DNA of 64,000 nt from Tubulanus polymorphus (Eukaryota > Animalia > Nemertea): positions 1,116,001 through 1,180,000 of the forward strand of contig NC_134035.1 in assembly GCF_964204645.1 (NCBI RefSeq), read 5' to 3'. A model generated the notes under the pieces. The model was given only the letters and a program-made list of their open reading frames with translations, made no database searches and had not been told where the DNA came from. A program made the position numbers and the translations under genes. This document shows positions 31,890 through 43,100 of the stretch, one piece after another (position 1 is the stretch's first letter; every line of letters begins with the position of its first letter).

Positions 31890-34800
31890 TCAACATTTTG
31901 CACAAGATTTTACACAATTCGCGCTCATATACTGTTCATATTCTCCGACACAGTGACCTTCATCGGCCCAGATTTGACAGTTATCGTTAAGATCGAGACA
32001 AGCGACAGTTGTTGTAGGTTTCGGGGTAGTCGTGGTGGTAGTTGGGGAACATATCCCGCAAGAGTCGCTACAATGGTCCCTCATATAACCTTCGTATTCT
32101 CCAACACAGAAACCATCATCGGCCCAAGTTTTACAATTGCCGTTATTATCAACACAAGTAACGGTCGTGGTTGTGGGTTTCGGGGTAGTCGTGGTCGTTG
32201 TTGGTCTCGGGGTAGTCGTGGTCGTAGGGTTTGTGCATGTATTGCAAGAAATCTTACAATTCACGCTCATATATGATTCGAACTCTCCCAAACAGTAACC
32301 ATCCCCTGCCCAGGTGGCGCAGTTGACATTATTGTCGGCACAAGGGACAATTTGGGTAGTTGTTGGTTCAGGTGTCGTCGTGGTTGTAGTCGTAGAAAAC
32401 GTTGAGCAAAGATCGCAAGACTTCTTACAGTAAAATTCCATGTAGGTTTTATAATGTGTCTCGCAGTAGCCTATACTCATCCAATGGGGGCATTTTCTAT
32501 CAAAGTCCAAACACGGCATCGGTCCGGTAGTCGTGGGCTGAGTGGGCGAACTGGAGGACGTTAATGAACAAATACCGCACGACACTTGACAATTCTGGAG
32601 CATGTAGCCGGGGTCCGTATTGCAGGCGCCGCCTCGAGCAAGTTCCTGGCAAAAATTCTTTTTATCATAGCATGGTACGGCGGTCGTTGGGCCGGCTTCC
32701 ACTATTTCAGTGCCGGTTAGCGGATCAGTCTCTCGGCCATCTGAAAATCGAAATTATATGTCCAGATAGTTCGAGCATGAAATCCCTTTTCTCATATATT
32801 GTATAAGTTATAAATTTCCCCAAAATACAGCTTCGCTTTTGTAATGTGCACTGCAACAGTATATTCTATTGACATTATACATACAGAACATAAGCTTTGA
32901 AAGCTGTTTCTAAACTTACACGCGAATTCGCATCTGCAGTTCTTATTCAAGAACGAGTCGGGCTGCGGGCATTTGTTCTTCACCGTTTCGGGACAATGTG
33001 CTGAAAAATTCGTACAAGACAATTGATTTTATGTTGTGAAAATTGTGTAGACGCAGAACAGTGTATAACAAACTTACAGCTACATTCGTAATGCGAGTTG
33101 ATAACTTTGACGTCAGAAAACGAGAAAGACGCTTTGTCCCAGGTATCCTGGATAAGATGACCTTTCGTGATGTCCTTCGCTTGGATGGTTTGTTTACCAT
33201 TTGCCGAGAAGGCCTGGCATTATGAATTGAAAGACATTGTAATACATCATAAAACGAGAATTCGTTAGTTTGGAGTAAGTAATCATAATCTTTAGGTAGT
33301 AAAGATACTTACGGTGATCCCGTAGTGCATGATACTGCGGTAGTCATACGGTACCTCGTACTGTAAAACCAGATTAGATTCTATTCTCTTGAACCAAATG
33401 GCCCAGTCCGGTTCGACATTTTCGTACAGAATATTCAAATACTCGTCGCGATCGGGCAGTTGATGCTCGTGAACAAGTCCTAAAGCGTGTCCGAATTCGT
33501 GTAAGATCGTAGGTTTCTGTAGAATAACGAACTGATATCATGATAAAAGCTAATATATCATATTACGGGGCATAGTAATTTCAATCTACTCACGACTCGA
33601 CAATGTGGATGTAAATTGATCGCTTGCTCGCCACCAGTCATACCCAGGTGCGAATTGCATCTAGAAATATAAAGCCTTATTAATATCACACAAGAAAACA
33701 AACTTAGAAGACTTATACCGGCGCCTCGAAAAAATAACATATGTAAATCGCCTATAGTATTATCGACAATTAATGATAATACAGTTATAATTCTATAATG
33801 TTACATTGAGGTTCAATAACTTTTTTTGGAATTTGAATGCACCGAAAATCGGCAACCAGTCTAACTAGGCTAACCCCTAAATTGATAATGTAGGGTACGT
33901 CCTCTCAAAATTCAAAAAGACATTTAAAGAAATTGAAATTAACGGCCATGACTGTGATGAAATATATCTAATTATAAAATGAACGCTGGAAATTCGCAAT
34001 ATTGTAATTATTGTTATGAAACGCAAATATTGATGACGTAGTGCACATCGACTCACACAGAACCCCTAATATAACACATACTGTGTATCGATGTATATAA
34101 ACATTATTGTAACGGTTTTTACGGCGTCAGAATATATAAGAAGTTATATAATCTAAATATTTGAGACAAGGGTTCATTAATACTTTAACAACCTAACTAG
34201 AAGCTAGATATACGTGAATTACTTTAATCTATCTTCAATTCCCCTTTGGGAATAAAGCTTGATAGAACAAGTGAAAGAACATCTTTCGATTTCAGCCACA
34301 TCTACGAATCTGGTGTTTGAATCTTTTTGAATAATTTTCTCTTACCCGGTGCCGTTTTGTATGCGTATTTTATTTGTATGTTCATCAGTAGCCGCTACAA
34401 ACTTCAAGCACGTTGTCTTTTCAATTTCATCAATCGCTTTCTGAATTTCTCCTTTTTGTGCCTCGGCTACAAAAGAGACATAATCTAGATAATGGAATCC
34501 TCTCCCGGTTTCTATGTTTTCGGAAATACGAATATGATTTAGTTTACTGAACACGTCTGTGGTTTTAATGAAATACGGAATCGTATTTCCGGTCCATCGT
34601 TTGAAAAGTTCCCAATGCGCTTTCCTTTTCTGTCGGTTAGTCGCGTTCACCGGATTGTTATACAGAGTGTCGTACTGTAACTCCGTCAGACTCATGTCCA
34701 GTTCTGCGAGCCGACCTCCGTCACTGGTCATCAGGCGACCTTTGAAAGCTGTGGAAGGACAGAGAAAAACTGTTGAAGGTCCTAACGTTAAGGAGGGGAT

Positions 34801-35470
34801 TAATAAAACTTAGACACCGACCTTCCTTGCCGCCACCTGCCTCAATGATGATCTGGTCGATGCTGGGAGGTTCAGGGGGTTCGATAAAGTTTGGTAGCAT
34901 TGGTTGATTCGGTCCGGGTCCTATCGGTTGGGTGCCGAATACCGTGCCCTGAAATCAAAGAAAACTGTCACTCCCTTTGCTACACATGAACACTCAGCAA
35001 AGCTTATTTAAAAATTAGAAATATTTTGGGTGGTTGCTGCCACCCTTCTTCAATTTAAAATGACTTGCAAATAAATACACAGTATATGTATATAAATCAT
35101 CGAATCTTATCACGGATATTGACTATATTATCTGATTCACTCGGCAAAGCGTTGGAAATCCGAAAAAAACAACCTCCTCAGATTTCCTAAATAGATTCTA
35201 TTCATTTTCAAGGCAGATTTGTTTCTTTTTTTTCCAGAAAATGATTCGTTTTGATTTGGTTTCCCTTACGAACCCGGCAGAACCTGTCGGAAGTGAAACG
35301 GGCAGATTTCAACTGATATCCGCCGACTCGGTGCCTCCAGACGACTTCAAACTTCATAAGTCGCGATGACAAAAAAAAGATCGCGAGAAGTCGGCATATT
35401 TGAAATAACCGATTCTAGGCGATGAACTTACCGCAAACGTCCAAACAAATATCAACGTGATGAAAGTCAT
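31890..35470 (-). CDS. Secreted astacin (M12A) zinc metalloprotease with EGF-like Cys module and five C-terminal ShKT domains, 9 exons, ~608 aa
   Basis: Exons 35470-35432, 34948-34822, 34748-34548, 34466-34346, 33660-33594, 33516-33313, 33213-33078, 33000-32920, 32740-31890; phase-consistent. Signal peptide MTFITLIFVWTFAGTVFG, pro-domain ELDM, RQKR furin site, HEFGHALGLVHE zinc motif, SIMHY Met-turn, five 6-Cys ShKT repeats with Thr/Pro linkers. Confidence 0.93.
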
Positions 35471-35513
35471 GATGGTTCAGCAGATCTACCAACATCGCTG
35501 GTGACGATACCGT

Positions 35514-35519
35514 TTATAT
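35514..35519 (-). promoter_or_regulatory. Candidate TATA box of the astacin gene
   Basis: TATAAA on the minus strand about 45 nt upstream of the ATG at 35470. Confidence 0.45.
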
Positions 35520-36367
35520 GCCAGAGATTGCATCTACCTAGGATTATACACCGATTAAAGGTAAAATCTTTTACAAATCGGGGTATTGTTCAAACGTGAA
35601 AAGGATTTATCCCCAGGAAACGCAATTTCCTGTTCCATCGATTTTTCGATCATCTATTTGAAATTCACACCGGATATGACGTGTTTTCATATTGAAACAA
35701 TGAATAATGTTATAAAAAATTTATCTGAGCTGCTCGTGGCTGATAAGGGCCGCATGCATATGATCAGCAAAACCCAGCTCTCGTTTAACAACCAACGAAT
35801 GGTTTTGGCCGTTGATTATAGAGATATTGGAAGATAATTGATCATTCATTAACTATAAATGTAATTGATTTTTGGGAGCAAGGTTGGTAGACCTGGGCGT
35901 TTGCTCAAGGGTGAAATGTTGAGATTCAATCATAAGCTATACACTAACGTGCACTGAGTGCTAACGTGTTTTTAAATAGCCATTAAAACCCAAGTTTCGA
36001 ACCAATACAAGAAAAAAGAAATTAGTATATGCAGCAATCTGTTAATGACCATGGATCCAGCAGATATTTTCACCAAGAACCTAATTAGTCATAAGTGTCT
36101 GAATTTTACTGTTCGCTGCATAAAATTGTTGTATCCCGGATTGCTCTTTGTCTCAGCTTTAACGGTTCCTGTAAATGTCAATATTACTCAAATCCGGGTT
36201 GTTTATCATTATTTGGCAGTTAGCGAAAATCATTGTATCTCACAATCAATGATTCAGATTGAACTTGATCCACGATTTATTGAAAATCAAAATGATCTCA
36301 TCTGAAACTGTACATTCCAACAAAATACGATCATTTATAATGATAGAGAATAGCTTTAACGCTCTGT

Positions 36368-36825
36368 TTAAAAGTGCTTGTTAATCATATTCAATTTTAT
36401 AATCACGAAAACTGGTGGTAAATTCTGTAACAATTCCTCCTCGATATTTAAAGTTTCTTCAGTCTGTTCTTCCTCGGAGAAAGAGACCTCATCCGTATCA
36501 ACATGTGTGACGTCACGGGTATAGTTAGTCCGCGTATCGAATATCGTAGGCAGTCTACATCGATATTGGATCCGTGGGCGTCATAATCAGTGTTTGTATC
36601 GACAGTTGGTAGACTGTCTACATCTAAATCAAACTCAGGAAATTCTATGTTTTGTACTGGTGGTAAACTGTCGTAGCCAAAATCATCGTGAATGATAGGA
36701 CCACCAGCCTTATATCGTTTGGTCAGAAATGAATTTCTGTTTTGTTTAGTCAGTCGCTGCTGGCGCTCCTCCGTCCCGGGCGTGAGGCGTAGAGCAATCC
36801 GGATTTCGTGTTCGTGTTTGAATTA
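36368..36825 (-). pseudogene. Frameshifted coding-like remnant of an unidentified acidic protein
   Basis: Stop-free stretch FKHEHEIRIALRLTPGTEERQQRL...DFGYDSLPPVQNIEFPEFDLDVDSLP, continuing after a frameshift as DTDEVSFSEEEQTEETLNIEEELLQNLPP. No recognisable domain. Confidence 0.3.
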
Positions 36826-37103
36826 CATTTGAATTATATTTATCGTCTAGATTTTAAGCGTGTTAAATAGTTGAATAAATGAGTATGATGTTTTTTTTTT
36901 TCAAAGAAAGCATTGTATGAATTCCTAGAAATCTAATGATGTGTACCCCAGTGGTACCGTAGCTGCGAAATTCAAGTTTGGTCAGAAACGGATGATTTCA
37001 TTCAGAGTCGACATCGTCACGGCGTTGACCATTGTGACATCGCGGTTGTTTGTCCGAATATGAATGGCCGTCGAATATGTTCGAATGTTTTCCTGTCACA
37101 ATC

Positions 37104-37390
37104 GGGCGGACCGGATGGCGAAGTCGGTCGGCGACTTGCGTGTCACCGCTGTGGCCCAGGTTCGAGTCTCGGAGGAGGCGGGTCAGGATGTGGCAAATGA
37201 TCTCCGGTAAGCGGGCGAGTCGAGAGTACTGTCCTCCCTGGAATGAGGTTGCTAATGCGTGAGTCCTACAGAATAACTGGTGTGGGGTAAATTATGTTTA
37301 ATTCAGTCGTTTCTGGCTGAATTATTTATTTATCCCACAATACCGGTCCAGGTTGCGGAGTAATTCCCCCAGGGACCTTCGACTTTTTTA
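37104..37390 (+). mobile_element. tRNA-derived SINE (3' boundary approximate)
   Basis: A-box TGGCGAAGTCGG (37116-37127), B-box GGTTCGAGTCT (37159-37169) in a TCACCGCTGTGGCCCAGGTTCGA head; no full cloverleaf. Confidence 0.6.
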
Positions 37391-38460
37391 CAATATTAGT
37401 TTGTTATTTTAAGTTGAGTGGTGAGGGTTTGGAAAATTTGTTTATATTTATTCAATTCCTCGAACTGAAGAAATCCAAGCGACTATTCGGTGCAAGCAGC
37501 GCGCGGTGATCAATCACAGTTCTTTCTCAACTGATGATAAAACTTCCATAATTTTTTAACTTCACCAGATTTCAGTTAAAGAGGATGTGTACGCGGCGAT
37601 GTCTGATGAACTTGTGTATAAATTCGGATTGAAAACGACTCTATCCAATAGAGAATCACTCACTGGAGACCTGCCATACGCTCTGCTACACAATAGTGCC
37701 GCGTCACTGCACAAACCCTTAAGGCAACTTCAATATCCTAAAGTAAAACTCGAAAATAGTAAAATTGAGCCGGTATTATAGTTCAAAACCAGACGTAAAT
37801 AGAAGGGAAATCTACACTTAAGTTTGTTGGATAGTTTAGATAAAATTTCAGCATATAATTTTAGGCTAAAATCGTAGCAATCGATATTTCTATCTTTAAC
37901 AATATGTGTCTCTATGAATAGTCGAATTAAACTCGATGACCTGTAGGCCCCATTGAAAATGTTTGGCACGAATTGAATGCTTCTTGCGGATTAGCGTCAC
38001 GGACTCGGGTCTGTCACAGGAATGCGCGATCGAGCCTTCTGATTGATCCATTCCGGTCGCATCGATGATGCACCGTCGCTGATTGGTTGACGTAGGTATT
38101 AGAAGCGCGGTTCGAGCCGCCCGATGCCAGTCCGAGAACTGATGTCCAGTGATGAAGAGCTCTGCAACAAGGCGTGAAGAACGTGTGGCTTCAAGCGAAC
38201 AACCTGCTAATAAGCGGCTGATGATGTTAGGAATGACTGGAACGTGAAGGAATTTGTGACGCCTAGCAATTAAGAAAGCAAGAAACTGGCGGCTGTTGGT
38301 GCTGATGATTGCGGAGGAGATGACGGCTAATTTGCTGTTGTTGCTGATTTTCGATGTTCTATTTCACGAACATTTATAAATTATGATGAATATTGTGTCT
38401 TTTTAGGGTTAAACCGAAACCAGTTCGATACTACTCATTTGTCGCAACGTCCTGAACTAG

Positions 38461-38461
<1 letters not shown>

Positions 38462-38559
<98 letters not shown>
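38462..38559. repeat. Pure (CTG)32 trinucleotide microsatellite
   Basis: 98 uninterrupted nt. Confidence 0.97.
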
Positions 38560-38721
38560 ACATTGGGAACCGCATCAACTCGCATTTTGCTGTTTCGGTA
38601 TCATTACATTAAGATAAGGTAATTATATTAAACTATACCCATCCGTACATTTTGCATATTCAATGTTCTTCATTAGCTTGACGATTATCCGATTTGTTTT
38701 TCAGCCGGCAATATTTGAGTT

Positions 38722-39266
38722 ACAGCAACATCTTCAAACCTTGAGACGCAGACTCTACTCCGACCACAGAACCGTCTTCAAACCTCGAGACGCAGACTCT
38801 ACTCCGACTACAGAACCATCTTCAGACCTCGAGACGCAGACTCTACTCCGACTACAGCACCATCTTCAAACCTCGAGACGCAGACTCTACTCCGACCACA
38901 GAACCATCTTCAAACCTCCTACTCCGACTACAGCACCATCTTCAAACCTCGAGACGCAGACTCTACTCCGACTACAGAACCATCTTCAAACCTCGAGACG
39001 CAGACTCTACTCCGACTACAGAACCATCTTCAAACCTCGAGACGCAGACTCTACTCCGACTACAGCACCATCTTCAAACCTCGAGACGCAGACTCTACTC
39101 CGACCACAGAACCATCTTCAAACCTCGAGACGCAGACTCTACTCCGACTACAGAACCATCTCCAAACCTCGAGACGCAGACTCTACTCCGACTACAGAAC
39201 CATCTTCAAAACCACTCTACTCCGACTTCAGAACCATCTTCAAACCTCGAGACGCAGACTCTACTC
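38722..39266. repeat. 44-bp minisatellite CAGAACCATCTTCAAACCTCGAGACGCAGACTCTACTCCGACTA, ~13 copies, two internally deleted
   Basis: Directly visible; explains the 217-aa repetitive ORF, which cycles through frames. Confidence 0.93.
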
Positions 39267-39601
39267 GTCATTATTTCGTTTTGCCGCATGTTGTAAAAAG
39301 TAACGTAAATAAATAAAATATAAATAATATATAAAATGCTCTCTTTAATAAACTTTGCCCCCTCTTCCCTCTCACAACTTCCCTTGCCCCGGAAAGGACT
39401 CTTCTTACAACTTCTCACGTTCAAAGAAAGGACAAAGTCAAAAAGGAAAGGACAAACGCAAAGTACAAATCAAAGGATTTATTCCAAATTCAAAGTAGGA
39501 ATTTGTTACAGCTTGTTTGCAAAAGCAAAATTCAACATTTTATTGAAACGAACAAAATCAAAATTCAACATTTTATTCAATCAACAACCAATAAAAATTA
39601 T

Positions 39602-39673
39602 ATACAATACGGGATTTGAACCACCAACCACTGGTCTAGCAGTCCAGCACCCTACCCACTACGCTATAGGGAC
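39602..39673 (-). pseudogene. tRNA-like sequence (tRNA pseudogene or SINE head, GCT in anticodon position)
   Basis: Minus strand GTCCCTATAGCGTAGTGGGTAGGGTGCTGGACTGCTAGACCAGTGGTTGGTGGTTCAAATCCCG: A and B boxes present, acceptor and T stems do not pair. Confidence 0.55.
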
Positions 39674-39794
39674 GTACTGACAGCCTGCAGGGGAACTCAT
39701 ATTTATCCATTGCTTAAGCAAATTTTATTAAAAAAATAATGCCATCTACCGGGCGAGACAGGAACTAGTTCCTATCACAACCCGGTAGATGGTG

Positions 39795-40137
39795 GAGAAT
39801 GAGACCAGAAGAAGGAGATGAGAGGAGAGAATGAGAGATGCATATGAGATGAGAATTAAAGAATGAGATGAGAGATGAGTATGAGATGAGAATGAGAGAT
39901 GAGTATGAGAGATGAGTATGAGATGAGAATGAGAGATGAGTATGAGAGATGAGGATGAAAGAGTGAGATGAGAGATGAGTATGAGATGAGAATGAGAGAT
40001 GAGTATGAGAGATGAGGATGAAAGAGTGAGATGAGAGATGAGTATGAGATGAGAATGAGAGATGAGTATGAGAGATGAGGATGAAAGAGTGAGATGAGTA
40101 TGAGTGAGTGAGGTGAGAAAGAGAGAGACAGAGAGGG
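39795..40137. repeat. GA-rich compound microsatellite (GAGAT/GAGTAT units with a ~61-bp higher-order repeat)
   Basis: Directly visible. Confidence 0.92.
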
Positions 40138-41224
40138 GATTGTATATCACCTGAACTTCTATGTTCCTCGTTGTTTTCTATCCGGCAGATTCTAGATGCC
40201 GTCAGTAGTTTTAGTTTTACAGTTTTTAGTTCAAACAGATATTTATCCCATCAGCAGCAAAGTCATCACATAGTTAGTCCTATAAAGTTCACTATAACTG
40301 AAGTCAAGTTCTCCCAATATGTGTTCGTTTGTTTGTTTATCCTCCCGGTGAGTTCTAACACTGCCAACACATATTTTATCCAGTTCATCTGATGTAGTCC
40401 TGATCATCAAACGCAAACTTCAATAATTCCATCCTAATGACGACAAACACCCTAAAAGATATAAATGAAACTTAATAGATTTGAGGCAACCAATCAGTTA
40501 TACACAGTTTGAGTTAAGTCTAGTTACCGGTGTATCAGAGAAATGGCAATCTAAGATAGGGGGCCAAGGGTCAAATATTTTTTGTCTCCGATTTCGATGA
40601 AATTCGGTATAGACATGTATTATGGGGTGCTGATCACAAATCTGAACGAATTTTTCGGATTTCGTGGCCCAGAAATCCAGAAATTCGAATTTTTGGGGGA
40701 CCCCCTTAATTTTCAAAAGGCCTTGGACCCCAGAGTTTTCGAAATATTCGAAATCTGATTGCAGATTTGGAATCAGCACCCCTGAAAATATACAGAACTA
40801 AAATTTCAAGCAAATCGAAGAGATTCGATTTTTTGGCCAAAAATGGCAAAAATCTAAGGTGTAAGTCCAGGAGTTTTTTTTCGGCGAAAAATTTTTTTTC
40901 TCTGATTCCTTCGAAATTTGGTAGGAATATGTATTCTGAGGTGTAGATTCCGGATCCGCAATCAGATTTTGAATCGGAATTCATCTTCATGGGCAAATAA
41001 GGGTTTTAATGCCCAAAATATGCACCCCAAAAATGGGGTACAAAGTCAAAATTTTTTTTTGGCCCAATTTTAATGAAATTTTGTGCAGACATGTTTCTTG
41101 GGGTGCTGATTACAAATATGAGGTTAGATTTTGGATCCGAGGCTCCTAAAATGAGATATTCAGGATTTCGTGTTTTGACCCCCATAATTTCGTCACAAAT
41201 TTTGATGAAATTCGCCCGCAAAAT

Positions 41225-43100
41225 TCGGTCCAAAAACGATTTTTATTCAATGATGCCAAATATTCAATTAATTTTTAAGGTAGAAATTGATGCTCTTACT
41301 AAAAACCCTGAATTATAATTCCTGCAACACAATTACAGGCTGCTTCAAATAGCCACATTGAAAATTCTTATGAAATGCAGTGTAAAGAGTGTTTACAGAT
41401 AAACAGCTTTCTCATAATTGTTTGGGAAACATTTAAGAAATTCTACTCACACTCACCAGCCCTTGTCTAGCAGTAATGGTAGTCCACCGAGTTCCACAAA
41501 TCCACATACAGAGATCCACACCTCCTGGAGTCCACCACTGACTGTTTTTTTATGAGTATCAATCCACTTATTGTCCAGTTAGTTGACTAAATAGTCCAGT
41601 TAGTTCACATATAGTCTGGTTAGTTCACTAGTAGTCCAGTTAGTTCACTAGTAGCGTGGAAGAAGTTGACTGAAGAAGTAAAACTGTGATAAATTTCAGT
41701 TGAAGTCCACCACGTCCAGTATTCGTGATGAAGTTTACACCACAGCCCGACAGAGGAAAACCTGAAATACTAAAATTGAAATCACATTAACAGGGAGACT
41801 GACTGAGAGGTTGAGGGAGGATGGGATAAGAGGTTGGGGAGGATGGGGTGATGAGGTTGGGGAGGATGGGGTGAGAGGTTGGGGGAGGATGGGTAAGAGG
41901 TTGAGGGAGGATGAAGTGAGAGGTTGGGGTGAGGTTGAGGGAGGATGGGGTGATGAGGTTGGGGAGGATGGGGTGATGAGGTTGGGGAAGGATGGGGTGA
42001 GAGGTTGGGGTGAGGTTGAGGGAGGATGGGGTGAGAGGTTGGGGGTGGGATGAGAGGTTGGGGGAGGATGGGGTGATGAGGTTGGGGAGGATGGGGTGAT
42101 GAGGTTGGGGAAGGATGGGGTGAGAGGTTGGGGTGAGGTTGAGGGAGGATGGGGTGATGAGGTTGGGGGAGGATGGGGTGAGAGGTTGAGGGAGGATGAG
42201 GTGAGAGGTGGGGGGAATGGGGTGAGAGGTTGAGGGAGGATGGGGTGAGAGGTTGGGGAGGGTGGTATGAGAGGTTGAGGGAGGGTCGGGTGAGAGGTTG
42301 AGGGAGGATGGGGTGAGAGGTTGAGGGAGGATGGGGTGAGAGGTTGAGGGAGGATGGGGTGAGAGGTTGGGGGAGGATGGGGTGAGAGGTTGGGGAGGGT
42401 GGTATGAGAGGTTGAGGGAGGGTCGGGTGAGAGGTTGAGGGAGGATGGGGTGAGAGGTTGAGGGAGGATGGGGTGAGAGGTTGGAGGAGGATGGGGTGAG
42501 AGGTTGGGGAGGGTGGTATGAGAGGTTGAGGGAGGGTCGGGTGAGAGGTTGAGGGAGGATGGGGTGAGAGGTTGGGGTGAGGTTGAGGCAGGATGGGGTG
42601 AGAGGTTGAGGGAGGATGGGTGAAAAGTGAAACAAAACAGCACAATTACTCTGACATAGTAAAGGCTTAAGCAAAAGTTTTCAGCAGTTTTCAGTCACAC
42701 TGGATTAACAGATTCTCGTTTTACACAAGAGCCCAGCCTGTGGCAGTGGGAGAAAGCTGGTGTAACTAACTGGTCGAGTCAGCTGGTCTTAACCTGCTGA
42801 ACAAGATGTGGTACCGGAGGAAGTTGAAGAACAGTTCATCAAGATTTGTGAAACTATCGCCTGCACCATGTGCAATGCAAGCAGCTAGGGTAGTGCGGCC
42901 CGTGTGTAGGCTAGAAAGTGGTTTTTGACACCGAGTGAGGTCCCTGTTAGCCTAGCACCTAGCCGTCGTTACCCAAACAACCCGGAACCCGTAGTAACAA
43001 CGACTGACTGATTCAGAATAAATTTAGTAGGTCCCTCACCTGCACACTGTGTCGTGACGTGTCGTGTCTGCGCCGAAGTCAACTGGAGTGAGGTCCCCCT
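41225..43100 (-). ncRNA. Predicted spliced, polyadenylated non-coding transcription unit inside the repeat (most complete copy)
   Basis: Donor GCAG|GTGAGG at 43040; possible exon 42860-42794; strong acceptor TTTTAGTATTTCAG|G at 41761; donor CTG|GTGAGT at 41457; acceptor TGTGTTGCAG|G at 41321; AATAAA at 41247-41242. The 305-nt exon has stops in all three frames. No expression evidence. Confidence 0.45.
41805..42622. repeat. G-rich VNTR (GAGAGGTTG[A/G]GGGAGGATGGGGT, ~23-bp units)
   Basis: ~820 nt here versus ~115-125 nt in short units, ~205 nt at 10224 and 15684, ~320 nt at 23921. Confidence 0.95.

Noticed and set aside
38663-39316. 217-aa repetitive ORF and CRISPR-like periodicity
   Set aside because: A 44-bp tandem unit (not a multiple of 3) with no unique spacers and no cas genes, in eukaryotic DNA.
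41735-42674. ~300-aa Pro/Ser/His-rich ORFs in all three minus frames
   Set aside because: Artefact of the stop-free C-rich VNTR.
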